From Basidiobolus meristosporus CBS 931.73 (lineage: Eukaryota; Fungi; Basidiobolomycota): a stretch of 64,000 nucleotides of DNA. Location: positions 1 through 64,000 of the forward strand of contig MCFE01000350.1 of NCBI GenBank assembly GCA_002104905.1. Reading direction: 5' to 3'. Below, in pieces: positions 37,160 through 49,555 of the stretch. A model generated the notes under the pieces. That model saw only the letters and a program-made list of their open reading frames with translations. It ran no database searches and was not told where the DNA came from. Both the position numbers and the translations under genes were made by a program. Positions within the stretch are counted from its first letter, which is position 1. Each line of letters starts with the position of its first letter.

Positions 37160-38561
37160 TCAGTCCCATGGTCTCCATTTTCCATTATTGGGCCCCGATT
37201 GGGAACACTGACCGTTTTCTTCGACTTTAGCGCACTCTTCAGCTGCAACGCTGGCTAGTATGTCCATCGAGTTGGCTAGATGCGCGGGCTCGGTCATTTT
37301 TGCTGCTCGTTCAGGGGAATGGGCTCCGTTGTCAGAGAAATCCGTAGAGTTGATATTCTGGAACTTCAATGACGAAGACCCGTTCTCTAGATGCGTTGTG
37401 CGTGGCCCCAGGGGTGACATTTGGGTAGGGAAAGCGCTAACCTGTTGGCTGTACGCGGGGTTTGCGGGCGAGTTGCTCGTGTGAGTTTGTTTGAGTCCCA
37501 TGACATATGGGTGACCGGGTGAGGGTGGGATTGGATTGGGCTGATACGGTCCATTAGCATTAGCTGAGGATGGAGGTGTCATGGTGTGGCCAAATCTATC
37601 CGTGGTAGGCGAGGGGACCCACTTGGAAGAGACGGATCCATTGGCAATAGCATTAAGCGGTGAAAGTAGCGATTGCATCGAGCCGAATGATGGCGATATG
37701 GGGGAGAGTCCAGGTGCGGGGGATGGCATAGGGCTTGGTTGCATCGAGTTGTTGTAGGGAGCAACCTTGATGGGAGGAGGGACGTTTTGCTTGTAGTTAG
37801 GTCGATTATGGCTGGTGATGGTGTTTTGGAAGCGTAACCGTTGTGGCTGAGGATATGGATGGGCGTGGTTAAAGCTGTTGTCTCTCATCTTTCCAGTGCC
37901 GTTCACTGGGATAAATTGATATGTACAATTTCCACCGGAGTTTGTACCATGGCCACCACCTGCTTGATGGCCCATGGGATGGTGTAGGAAACGGTGTGCA
38001 TTTTCTGCTTTGGCTCGATTGACTTTAGCACGGCGATTCTGAAACCAAACCTTTTGCCAACCACGGGTTAATCCTGCGGTCTTTACGGGGATGAATGCTA
38101 CACAAAGATATGCCTACCTGGATTTCTCTGTTGGTCATGTTTAGTTTTTTGGATAAGCTCTCGCGCACCTCAAAGCTAGGCGTATCGGTTTGCTCAAACA
38201 TGGCCAAAAGCTCTTTCAGCTGCTCTGGGGTGATACGCTTTCTCTTTGCCTTCGGTTGACCGGACTGGGGTTTCCCTGCTTCTAGAGAAAATTCATATGA
38301 GTAAGCCGTTGGAAAAAGGGGTGGTGGCAAAGCAAAGTTTTGTTACTCACCAGGCGTTCTACTAGGGTTCGAGGGAGAATCGGCCTTTCTTGTTTCATTA
38401 TCGTCTTTAATCTCGTCCTCTGATCTACTAAGGGAATTGGAGGTATCTGCGGAAGGGTTTAATAGCGCGGATAGACTTGCAGGGGGTGCAACTGAAGAGG
38501 TTGCAGGTAAAGGTACAGAGCTTTCTGAAGGGATTCTAGCAGTTTCAGCTACCATCTTCAT
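37160..38561 (-). CDS. Homeodomain transcription factor, 3 exons
   Basis: KRKRITPEQLKELLAMFEQTDTPSFEVRESLSKKLNMTNREIQ|VWFQNRRAK joined across an intron. Confidence 0.92.
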
Positions 38562-40111
38562 TTAACAACTTTATCGAGGTAAGATCCAGATACAACAGTG
38601 TATGTTTATCAACTTCTATGGCACAGTAATAGGCGACAGTAGAGGATTAAGAGCCAGCAAAATTAGTGAATACGCCAACCCGGGAAGTAAGAGCTGTATG
38701 GTAAGGTGAAGTGAAGCGAGGTGAAGTTAAAACTCTAACTGAAGTATACAGGTTAGAGGTTAAAAACAACGATGATACAAAATTAAAAGACTTGAAATAA
38801 TTTGACGCTGAATGATGGTTCGATAACAGGTCTTGATCCAGACCATCTCGGACCTTTGATTTGCTATAGCGACTTCCTGGTAAAAGAATCAAGGAGTCAT
38901 TAATAGGCTAATCCTCATCCATATGTGTCAGACTTACATTTTTGGGAATTCTGATTTAGTTACAGCAACAACACAGATATTAATCAAGATAGCCTGTCAC
39001 ATACTTAGCATACACCCAACCCACCTCAGGTACTACTGTATGTGGGTGGGTGAGCTCAAGCTCGTAAATCATCTCGTACGAACGCAGAAACACAGCAAAT
39101 CCGGGGGTGCGAACAGGTTTTACCTACATAAATCCGAAGAATAGATTGCGCAGGAGCAGAGTGCTAGCTACTATTCTCCGCTTCTATCACGAGGCTGAAA
39201 GACACCACCAATAAAAGTGGAGGGCAATATAAATGAATTAAAAGACTTCCAAATCGAGTAGTGAGTGTGAATCGGTTAGGATGAGTCAATTCAACTGAGG
39301 CTAAATGGTCCAGGAATGCATTGGGTTCTGTAGTTGAAGACAAGCAGCCAGGCGAAGGTGAGGGTGAAGGGGAATTGAAGGAGCATCAGCAGTATTCCAG
39401 AAGGTCCGTTTCATGCGGTGGCCAAGGGGTGTGGGTTTACGCGATTAAAAGCACGTAATGTTTGTAATGCGAAATCGATGTGGGATCATTTCCAAAAAGA
39501 GGGTGCATTTGGTTAACTAACCAGCATTGGGAATGATTATGACAAGCAATTTCCTCATGAAATCTCCTCGATTACCATATATTCATCATTTCTCCTAATA
39601 GGAAAGAGGGATGCGATATCCAGACAGACTAGTTATGATCTTGTTCTTGGTGCACCTTGTTGTGGTTGATATTTATATGACCTTATCGTAATGAATACAT
39701 TAATATGAAACAAAGCCTTCTGCAATTGTGTGTGGCATCACTAAAAATACGCTCGCATAGGAAGCATCGTTGGGTCACGTGATGCACTTTGTTTTCTGAT
39801 AGTGCCGTGGGTGGCATACCAATGATTTTCGAGATATCATGCTGTTTTCTTCCGTGTATACAATCCGCTGAGTGGTTGGCCCACTTTACACACAATAGTC
39901 ACAAGTACTATTGTAGTGATGTAAGGTGCTTATTTATAACTCGATTTAGAGTTGTGCCGTTGACGGTTATAAAGCAGGTGGTCGCCGGAAGAGGAATTTA
40001 GTCCTACGTTTCCTACCCTCGTCCAACCGTGGTTTGTTGATAGATTGATATTCAAACCAGATCTTGTACATTCCGCCATAGATCACTGTAGATACTTTCC
40101 AGCCGCCTCTT

Positions 40112-41978
40112 ATGGCTGCTATATTTCAATCTCGCCGCAAAGGGATTCTTCCTGTCCCCAAGAACAAGGCGAGCACTCATGAGCAGGATAAATTGTCGTT
40201 CCAGACTCTGAAAGATCCAAACTACACCACTACTGCCGAGTATGCACCTATTCAAGAATCAGATATTGATTTCAAGGAGAGCTGGGATGTCAGAGAAAAG
40301 CCCCTGCCTATTCTACCACCGCTACTCCGTCCCCACATTTCCACCATCGCCGAGTTCACGTCGCAGTCTGAGTATCAGACTGTCCCGCCCAACCCAGTCA
40401 TGACCATCCCTAGCATCGCTGCATCAGAGGATCATCAAATGAAAGTGCTAGTCTCACAGGCAATGCAGGATGCTTGTGAATACAAGGTGCTGACAATCAA
40501 ACAAATGGAGCAGCTACGCCAGGTAAAGAAAGCATGCACAAAACATTCACCACCATACACCCAATTTACCGTGGCTCTGTGCTTTCTACTAGGAATACGA
40601 GGCGCAACGGAACCAAATAGCTTCCCTGAACTCTCTGCTCTCCTACGAAACGAAGTTTCTAGATAGCGCTCACACATTAATCCGGCTCCATGCATCAAAC
40701 AAATACCTGCTGAAAAAGACCTCGGAGGAGCTGGCGAATGCCGGACGCAAGGTGGACGAGGTTGCCAACAGCTTATGGAAAGTAACTCAGCGAGCAAATC
40801 AAACCCAGAACCGTATCTTACACCATACGGCGGGAGTCCTAGCGGTGGCATTATTCAAGGTATCGAGTGATCAGCAGTACAAGCTGGCCAAATCCAGCTT
40901 TGCTCAAAGCTTCGGTCCCTCCATGAACGGCAAGCTTCAGCATATCGAGAAAATCGATTCCGGCTACGCGTGCAAAGCCGAGGATTCCTCTAAGGGAGGC
41001 GACATTCAAACCAGTACTCCACATGACAACGCATTCAAGCAACATCCAACATTACACATGCCGGCCCCGCAGAGAGCTCATCCTCGTACTGGAGGCATTT
41101 TCAATCAAAGCAATTTAATATCCATGCGAAAGAATTGGCACCAGGATTTTGACAACGAGCCGATCAACAAAGACAACCCAAACTCCATCCACTCCACTGC
41201 CACTACAAACTCATCGGCATTGGGCTCGGATTATCGCTCGGACTCGACCGATCCTTCGGTCGATTCTGATTATATAGAGGCAGGTTGGCATTCCATGCAA
41301 ACTGCAACTCACTCACCTCACCAACCTCAGCCTCTACCATCAAATCATCAGGACTACCCGTCACTCATGACCAAATTGATCGCTTTACAAGACGAAGTGG
41401 AGGCCTACAGGGCGAAGGCTGAGTCATTGGAGATACAGCTGCAGTCCGGTTCGCTCCCAAACCACCTGTCCACTCTTCCCGGAAATGATGGAGATGGCGA
41501 CGAAAGGCGGCACATGGTTCACGCGCTCCTTCAACCCACCTTTCTGGAGAAAGAGAAGTTCCGTATGGAGGCAGAGAGCGAGGCCAGAAAGCGCCACGAG
41601 CTGGAGGAGAAGGTGGAGCGGTTGGAGCGTGAGCTAGAGCTCTGCCACTTGGAGGAAGGGGAAGATATTTATTTGATCAACATGGAGCAAGGCAGAGCCA
41701 TAGAGCGATTGCAAAAGCAGCTTGTCAGCGCTATCCAGGATATCGACCAGTTGCAGCAGCAAGGTGACGATACCAACTACATACTTCGTCAGCTATTCTA
41801 TCGGATACCCCATACGTCCTTTAGAAACGCAACCGAGGCGCACTATGCAGAGCAGCCAAGCAGGTATACGCTAGATAGGTTTGTTATGAAGGTGACGGAC
41901 CTAATCGAAGAGAATCACCAGCTGCTGGATCGAGTATTGGACTTGCAGTCAAGACAAGAGCGTTTCGAGAGGTCGTAG
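40112..41978 (+). CDS. Uds1 (up-regulated during septation)-domain coiled-coil protein, one intron ~40523-40592
   Basis: Spliced frame AMQDACEYKVLTIKQMEQLRQ|EYE...YETKFLDSA..L.RL...EEL....RKVDEVANSLW......NRILHHTAGVLA fits the Uds1 pattern. Confidence 0.7.
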
Positions 41979-42256
41979 TGAATGCTGTAACATCCCGCGA
42001 ATAATAAACTGTACCATTCCACCAATGAATTGACATTATTTTATTACTTAATAATCACCACCCATGGGAGAAATGAAGGGGAAGCTCTAAGGTTCTGATG
42101 AAAATCAACCTGCTAAGTGTAAAGTGGTATATTCAAAGGATGCAGGTGAGCTAGTTTCATAGTGATATGATATAGTGGCGGGTCCGATTCCGTTTCCAAA
42201 AAGATTGCGATTAGGAGGGGGGGAGGGCTAGGCTTTAGGGCAGTAAATGATGCGAT

Positions 42257-43867
42257 TTATTCCTGTCGGGATTGGGAAAGAAATTGATTCCATTCTACTT
42301 CCTCCTGCTCGTGGGTCATCGTTTCAACACGTAGCCCGTCCCTGTTCACCAGGCGCACCGTTTTCCCGAACAGGCGCATGCGGAAGATTTGTCCGGGGAC
42401 GGGGGGAAGAAGGCGATCCTTCATAGTGGTGCGTACGAACACGCCAGCGAAAAAGCCGATCACCACGAAGATGAGGATCCAGTAGACGTTGACGATGTAG
42501 GTTTGGGGGTTGCTCTTGGTCAAGCCGCTGGAGAGCATGTTGTTATAGATTGCAGTGAAGACCAAACCACCCCCAACGCCAGCAATGGACCAGGCAGTGA
42601 GAATGATGCCGTGGCAGGCACCGATGTTGGAAGGCCCGAACATATCGGCCAAGAACGCCGGAATCACGCCGAAGCCTCCACCGTAGCAAGCGGTCAGAGC
42701 GAACATGGTTAACAGGAAGGCCCAGTAAGTGTGGGTGGTGGTGATAACGCTGAATGTGGCCATCACTATGATCTGGATGATCAACATGGACAAGAAGCAG
42801 GTCTTTCTGCCAACAAAGTCGGAAATGGTAGAGAAGAAGATACGCCCGAACAGGTTGAACCCACCGTTGATGGAGACAATGGTGGCGGCAGAGTCCTTGT
42901 CATACCCGAACAGGTCGGTGATCATGTTGGCCAATCTGGAGATAACAACAAGTCCGAAGATGGCATTGGCAAAGAACACAATGTAGAGTAAGATGAAGTC
43001 ACGGGAGGTGATCGACTCGATTAAGGTCAGCTTGATGGCTGGTTGCTGGATCACCACTCCACCCTTCTCATTGACCTCTGGCTCAGCAGCTGGTGTGGCA
43101 ATTACAGTGTATCCTGGGGGAGGAACTCTGATGATGCAGGCAGCCAGCGCCATGAACACGAAGTAGAAGCTGCCCAATATAACAAATGTAAGGGGAAGTC
43201 CCACGGCGGCGATTAATGGAAGAATCACTTTGCCTATAGCAATAGAACCGGCGCCAAACCCACACACCGCAAATCCGGCTGCAAGACCACGGCGATCCGG
43301 GAACCACTTTTGAAGCGAGGACACGGGCGAAATGTAACCAAGACCAAGACCAAAGCCACCAATAATACCGAAGCCAATGTATAGAAGCCACATCAGTTTC
43401 AAATAAACCGCCAGCGCTGAGACCAGGTTGCCAAGGTAGAACAGGGTAGCGGCCAATAGGGCAGCCTTCTTGGGGCCGTTTCTTTCCAACCATGGACCCA
43501 TGGTGGCTGCTGAGAGACCGAAAACGCCAACTGCGATGGAGAAAGTGATGGGAGCCATCTTTTCAGTGGAGCCGGGGCGGATGGCATTATCAATGGGATC
43601 GTTGAAGACACTCCAGGCGTACAACGATCCACAGCAGAACTGAATGACCACTGCAGCAGGCATCAAGTACCATCTATTAAATGGAACATTCCCAACGAGG
43701 AAACGCTCTCGCTCTATCTGTGCGGGGTCTCTGTTGGAGGTTGTGGTGCCATAGTGCCAGAGGATTTGCCTCATAATTGGGTTGGAAGATGTTGGAGGAG
43801 CGGCCTCAATGGAGGAGTTCAATATCTCTCCATTCTTAGCACTGTCGCTAGAATAGGTGTTGGACAT
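42257..43867 (-). CDS. MFS transporter, oxalate:formate antiporter (OFA)-like, intronless
   Basis: 12 hydrophobic segments; GSLYAWSVF, GYISPVSSLQKWFPDRRGLAAG..VCGFGAG, FNLFGRIFFS..SD..GR, YGGGFG..PA.LAD.FG. Confidence 0.92.
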   Translation of the reverse strand: MSNTYSSDSAKNGEILNSSIEAAPPTSSNPIMRQILWHYGTTTSNRDPAQIERERFLVGNVPFNRWYLMPAAVVIQFCCGSLYAWSVFNDPIDNAIRPGSTEKMAPITFSIAVGVFGLSAATMGPWLERNGPKKAALLAATLFYLGNLVSALAVYLKLMWLLYIGFGIIGGFGLGLGYISPVSSLQKWFPDRRGLAAGFAVCGFGAGSIAIGKVILPLIAAVGLPLTFVILGSFYFVFMALAACIIRVPPPGYTVIATPAAEPEVNEKGGVVIQQPAIKLTLIESITSRDFILLYIVFFANAIFGLVVISRLANMITDLFGYDKDSAATIVSINGGFNLFGRIFFSTISDFVGRKTCFLSMLIIQIIVMATFSVITTTHTYWAFLLTMFALTACYGGGFGVIPAFLADMFGPSNIGACHGIILTAWSIAGVGGGLVFTAIYNNMLSSGLTKSNPQTYIVNVYWILIFVVIGFFAGVFVRTTMKDRLLPPVPGQIFRMRLFGKTVRLVNRDGLRVETMTHEQEEVEWNQFLSQSRQE

Positions 43868-44931
43868 GTAGAATCAAAGGAACTCAAATGGAGGAAAAGG
43901 AAGAAGGAGTCCAAACGATGATGGGACCCAACGCAGGATGTACAGACATTAAATACTAAGCTCACCAACAGGATGCAATGTCAACTGAACAAAAACTCCA
44001 ATCAAATGGATTAATTGCCTAACCTCCGAAACAGGAGAAGATCCAACATAATAAAGGACACAGTACATGATATAAGCCCCTCCAGTCAACGCTGTGTTGA
44101 TGCCGGAAACAGTATGCCACATAGTTAATTGCCTGATTCATGATTGTAGCTTAAATGGCTGATTTATGATTGTAGCTTAATTACCTGATTCCGAACAGTT
44201 AGATGTCAGAGACTAATCAAACATCGCCTTATTAAATCCATTTGGGCGGAAGTGGCACTGGGTTTCAATGGAATTTAATTGAAGCTTGAATTCTAAATTT
44301 TGGGTTTTAGACAATGCTCATCCTATGCTCAGTCCTACGCTTAATCCCATGCATTCTAACAAATGGCTGAAACCTGCTGTCCGAGCCCCTCTGGATACGA
44401 GCACCCTACCTCTGTGGTGTTTAAATACAACCGGCCTATTTCAATCCTGATGCACGAGTACAGCTCCTTCAAGGAGTACAGTCACAGCCTCGGTAGCAAA
44501 TAGATTGCCAACAGCCTCCCCCCAGTGGCTTATCGTGAGCCACACGGCGAACTGCATATGATATAATGTGATGTCAAGATCATGCTGAGGCTCAGCCAGA
44601 GAAGGAATAGGCAGTTTCGCCCGGATCGCAACATTACTCCAATACAATCAGTCTCATAGTTTTTGGCAAAGTTTTCATATGTTTGCAAGACACATATCCC
44701 TGACATTTCCACATCGATCTTCGTGTTGATTCGTGCAATCCCAATGGCAAATGCGGTTGGGTGCATTGATGGATTTCCTGCATGGAGAATTAGGGTTCGA
44801 GGCCGGTTTCCGCCCCATGCTACATTGTGCCTATGCGAGAACACGGACCGCTTTTATTCTATTTTTCACACGTTGAAAATACTTGTATACAAACTAGGTG
44901 GACTATTAATTAGAAGGTGCTTGGGTGGGAT

Positions 44932-46025
44932 TTAGTTCTTGCCACGGCCAGCTTGGCGCCGGGATTTGCCTAATCTCTTTGGCTTACCGCCCTTGAATCC
45001 CTGCTTCATGCCCTTGGCGCTGAAGCCAGATATATCGTTGGTGCTGTCGGCGGTGTTGCTCTTGCTACCACGCTTGCGGCCACCGAATCCAAACTTGGCA
45101 TCCTTCTTGACCCGCTTGGCGTTCTTGCCCGGCAATTTGGACTTTCTCTTGGTGATGGATGCCTCGTCATCGTCGGAAATGGCGATATCAAAGTCGTCGT
45201 CGTTCATGTCACCATCCTTCAATTCTGCAAGCAATACGCCGTTAGGCTACGGGGACGAAATCTCCTTGTGCGGTGCGCTACTTACTTCTCTTGGCCATCT
45301 TGATCTTCTCGAGCTCTTGGGATTTCTGCATCTGGCGCTCCTTGAGCTTCTCCACCTGCACCTTCTTGCCGAACTTCTTCAACTCGCGCTGCTTACGAGC
45401 TTCCTCGGAAGCCTTGATGGACTGGGACTCGTCGAGAAGACGTTGTCTGACCTACAATACCAAACATCCTAGGTTTAGCTGAAGTGCACGGTGGGCCGAG
45501 CTACTTGCCGGGGACAATACCTTCTGCATGTGTTCGTCCGATTTCACCATCTCAGCGAAATAGTCGTCGGGGCGGACAAAAGGAATTCCGGCGGCGGTGA
45601 TCTTGGCGTGAGCCTCCTTGGCAGCCTCCAATGCTTGGTTGTAGCTGGAATGGGTCGAAGTTTGAGTATGGAAGTTTGCGAGGCTGTAACCGACAACACA
45701 CTTACAAGGCCAATTCACGCTTCAAGTCGTTATAAACATCCTCCACAACAAGGGGTTCGGAGGAGGTGATAGCCTGAGTCTCAATCCAAGGCAGATCGAG
45801 CTTGATCTCCTCAAGGGCATCGTTCAGGCCTTGCTATTACCAAAGTGGAAGGTTAGGGTTAGGTTTGGGAAAAGGGGTGGCCGGATACGAAAGGCTCGCA
45901 AGTACCTTGTTGTTCACGGTGAGCTTTTGCTCAGGAATGGTGTCCTCGTCGACGGAGAGATCGGCGTCCGAAAGCTCCTCCATAGGGATGGCTTCGGGGA
46001 TCTCGGAATCGGAAATGTCAGACAT
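44932..46025 (-). CDS. EBP2: rRNA-processing protein Ebp2, multi-exon
   Basis: IPFVRPDDYFAEMVKSDEHMQKV, KKFGKKVQVEK, KDAKFGFGGRKRGSKSNT, KRLGKSRR. Confidence 0.95.
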
Positions 46026-46454
46026 ATGCTAAAGTGTTGGGTACCAAGGGGAAGGGGTTGGGAGATTGGACGTGGAAGTGGAAGAGACTTGATATGGGCA
46101 ATGTGGAAAAAAAGCCTCGCCCGACTAAACGAGTGGATAATCAGATGCTTGAAACTTGGGTGTTTTTTTCTTTCGCACCGCACGATCTCCGTGGACACGA
46201 GAAATTGTTTTTTCTTTTTTTTCGCCGCCTTCACCAGGACCGGATTTTTTTCACGGGCCTCTGGTGTGAGGTGGATCGATCGCCAGCCAGCCAAATGGGA
46301 GTTATCCCGAGTCCCCTTCCCTCTCCCCCGCCGACCAATCAGACGGCCCGCTTCCGGCATCCTCGGCATCAGTTTGATAAAACGGAATTCTGCCACTTGT
46401 CGAAATTCCTCTCTTTCCCATCCCTCAGCGGCCGTTAGAAAGCCTCATTCAAAC

Positions 46455-46799
46455 ATGGTACGTATCCTACCACCCCAAATACATCCAACGCCGACCGGCA
46501 CACTGATTGCTTTGCATCTCTAGACTAAGGGTACCCAAAGTTTTGGTAAGCGTCACACCAAGTCTCACACTCTCTGCCGTCGTTGCGGCAAGCGTTCCTT
46601 CCACAACCAAAAGAAGACCTGCGCTTCCTGCGGTTATCCTGCCGCCAAGATCAGAAGCTTCAACTGGGGCCAGAAGGCCAAGCGTAGAAAGACCACCGGT
46701 ACCGGTCGCATGAGATACCTCAAGAACGTCTCCCGCCGCTTCAAGAACGGTTTCCGTGAGGGTACTCAAGCCCAAAAGCAAACCACCGCTTCTGCTTAA
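46455..46799 (+). CDS. RPL37: 60S ribosomal protein L37 (eL37); intron 46458-46523 directly after the ATG
   Basis: M|[65 protein letters not shown]; absent from the ORF track because the ATG is split off. Confidence 0.98.
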
Positions 46800-46985
46800 G
46801 TCCTCCCAGGGAGTTCGGCGCGTACGGTTTATTGCTCTACACTCGAATAAATCAAATAAATTCGTGGCTTTCCCAGTATGTTTGGCCTTTGGCTGCTCTT
46901 TATTTGTTATGCTAAGGGTGGAGGTGGGGTGGTTATATTACATCTCGGCGGTTAACTGAGTGAGCAGCTTCCTGGAAACCAAGAG

Positions 46986-48211
46986 TTAGTCGAGAGCATG
47001 GGTGAAGATCATCAATAGCGGTTTACTCGATGGGTGGTTGTCTGGCCACTGTTTGCTGATACGAAGGCGATGCCCTAGAAAACGTGACATGGATGAGCGT
47101 TGGGATTTACTACCGACTGGCTGTCCCCTGACTCGAATACCTTCTTCGGAATCAGAGGAGATGTCGGAATCGGTCGCTGAATCACTGATATTGTCGTTCA
47201 GGTTGTATCGCGCACGTAGCCACTGATGCCGCGGCCCAGCCTCGCTGAGCTCGCTGACCTTGAAGCCGTAGATGCGTGGCTTGTAGGAGTTGATCTTGAA
47301 ATGCGAGTAAGTACTGGGGCTGTACGTCATAAGGAATAGATGGGCGAAGGTGGTTCCGAAGAAGGCCCCTAAACGAGAGGGATCAACAACCATCCTAGAT
47401 CACAATGCGTCTACAAACCCGGGTTACCATCAAGGCTGTGGGTCGGCGAGTTCGGCGGCGTGTAGAGATCCAAACAGTTTGGACAATACAACTTCACTGG
47501 CTCAACATCCAAGGAGTCGGATTTCCCAGTGGGGATCACTAGCGTCCCGTTGCAGTAGTATCGAGGGCAACAACCAAAGTCCCCACGATCGTATCTGCTC
47601 GCCTTGATGCATGGAAGGGTTGGTGAAGGATGTCACAGTAGCAAGGATATGTTGTCACGCACCATTTCATGCATGCCTTGACGGGTCAAGATATATCTTT
47701 GATGGAGCATACAATAAAGCCTTTCCGCGGATGCTTTGATAGCATTGGTGTCGACATCGGGTCGCGGCCGTTCTACGGGAAAGTGGTTAGAAGAAAGACG
47801 ATCTATTTAGATTCAGAGGGGCATACTTGGTTGGATGTCACGAATCATCTCCAAAGCCTCTTGGTAGAACGGCACCTCCGTTTCTAAGCCGACCGTGTTG
47901 AATCCATCTTTCAGAAAACTCTCCGTGGCTCTTAATAAATACTCTTTCCCAGGAAGTGAGCAAAACCATGTGATCCAGTTGGCCTTCTTCTGTGAGGAGA
48001 CTGCACTGGGGGCGGGAAAGACTACGAAGGAGGCAAGCGTCACGTCGGTTAGCATGACCACAAAAGGAAAAGAAGGACGCGTGGAAACCAAGGTTGGCCG
48101 GTGTTTGCCTTGCTACCCTCCACACCAGAGTGAACGGAAGATTGGAACATATCGAAGAAACTCACCAGTACACTCTTCAACACTGGGCGAGAGGTTTTCG
48201 GTCTGCTCCAT
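46986..48211 (-). CDS. CKB1: Casein kinase II regulatory beta subunit, multi-exon
   Basis: WITWFCSLPGKEYL, FNTVGL..EVPFYQEALEMI.D, GAFFGTTFAHLFLMTY, YKPRIYGFKV. Confidence 0.9.
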
Positions 48212-48799
48212 TGGCCTGTGCTAGTTGTAAGGCAGTGTGGTGAACTGGGGTTACTAAAAAGCGTTACAGTGTGGTCGGTGCTGACATGAAGCAGCTGTTG
48301 AATGTACGCCGTATGGATTTATTGGATCATCTCCAAATACTGTTTCCAATTAGCACGCTGATGCAGGCGATAGTCATTTCGGAGCAGCAATGGTGGTCGA
48401 CGATCACCTGATCAAGTAGGATTAATCAACATGCTGAGTATTTGGCGTAGTGGCTGTTTAAATCAATTATGGTGGGTGATGCAGCCATCTAAAAGAAATT
48501 GCCGTAAATCAATGTATTCACTGATGTCCTACAGGAAACCATCAATTCCTGGAATACCAACAGGTACTTCAACAGGTACTTGAAACCGGAGCTACACTAC
48601 GCTACTGGTAACAAATGAACTTTCGAGTGACCGTTACGTATTATCGCATTTATCTCCTACCCAGGATGGAAGATTTCGACCAATATTAGATAGACCTTCA
48701 AACCTGGTCAGCCTGTCATATATTTCCCATACAGCCTTCCGGAAATATCTGGTAATGATGTATCTCAAGCATGGAATAACTGATTTGATTTCCATCTGA

Positions 48800-49460
48800 T
48801 ACCTGTTGGAAATTTCATACTTGCTCCTAAATACTCGCATTAACTTGGTCACTTCGATCCTGGTTTATGAACTTTCTGATTTCCTGGTCAGATTTGTTGT
48901 TTGGATTTACTCAGAATATTTTCTTCCAAATGTCAGGTGCCTGGAATATGAAGTTGTCAAAACTTTTCAAAAGCCTCCCCTGCAAGTTTTGCATACTTAA
49001 TCTAGTGACCTTCCTGAGTATGCACCCTGCAATTTTTTCTGCCCAGACCATGTAGAGGTATAGGTAATATTCTTATACTCAAGAAACCATTAATGGAAAG
49101 GTGAATAAAATGCTAGCTTACCTAATCACTATGCCATATTGTGTAATCTCAGTAAACAACCAACTGGGTGCTGTATTTGTGTTGTAAATTTTATAATTAC
49201 ACCTAAACACTCACCCAGCTTGGTCACTTGGGTCATTATCTACAAATCTTTGGGAATTCTGGCCAAACTCCTTGTTGGGATATACTTGGAATATTTTCAC
49301 CAATATATTGGGTACCCAGAACATTAGAAATCTGAAAGCTGTTCATGTTGAGAAAACTTGGAATTCCACCTAAATACTCACCTAACTTAGTCACTTAGAT
49401 CATCACCTACAAATCATAGAGAATACTGACCAAATTCCTTGTTGGGATTTACTTAGAATC
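48800..49460 (+). mobile_element. Stack of three diverged or truncated LTR fragments of the copia family (~48800-49030, 49180-49345, 49346-49458)
   Basis: Each repeats the LTR core cctaaatactcacc..ttagtcacttagatc..gaccaaattccttgttgggatttactt; two begin with tgttg. Confidence 0.75.
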
Positions 49461-49555
49461 ATATATACAGAAGGCTCCTGGATGAAGAACCAAGAAACCC
49501 AAGTGCCAAAAAGAGAAGAAGAAAATGCCATGGCAAGCAGTGCAGACCATCAAAG

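Noticed and set aside
17166-43867. FNT, persulfide dioxygenase, CofD-like and OFA genes as one metabolic gene cluster
   Set aside because: Interleaved with unrelated housekeeping genes (BUB3, ORC4, SLC1) over more than 25 kb; no shared motif seen
44130-44185. Short direct repeat tgatt(c/t)atgattgtagcttaa x2 upstream of the MFS gene
   Set aside because: Only two copies; consistent with simple slippage
9851-46250. Recurrent aaatccg/cggattt motif near several promoters
   Set aside because: About ten occurrences, some in coding DNA, close to chance expectation for a 7-mer
46467-46781. 104-aa minus-strand ORF
   Set aside because: Antisense shadow of RPL37
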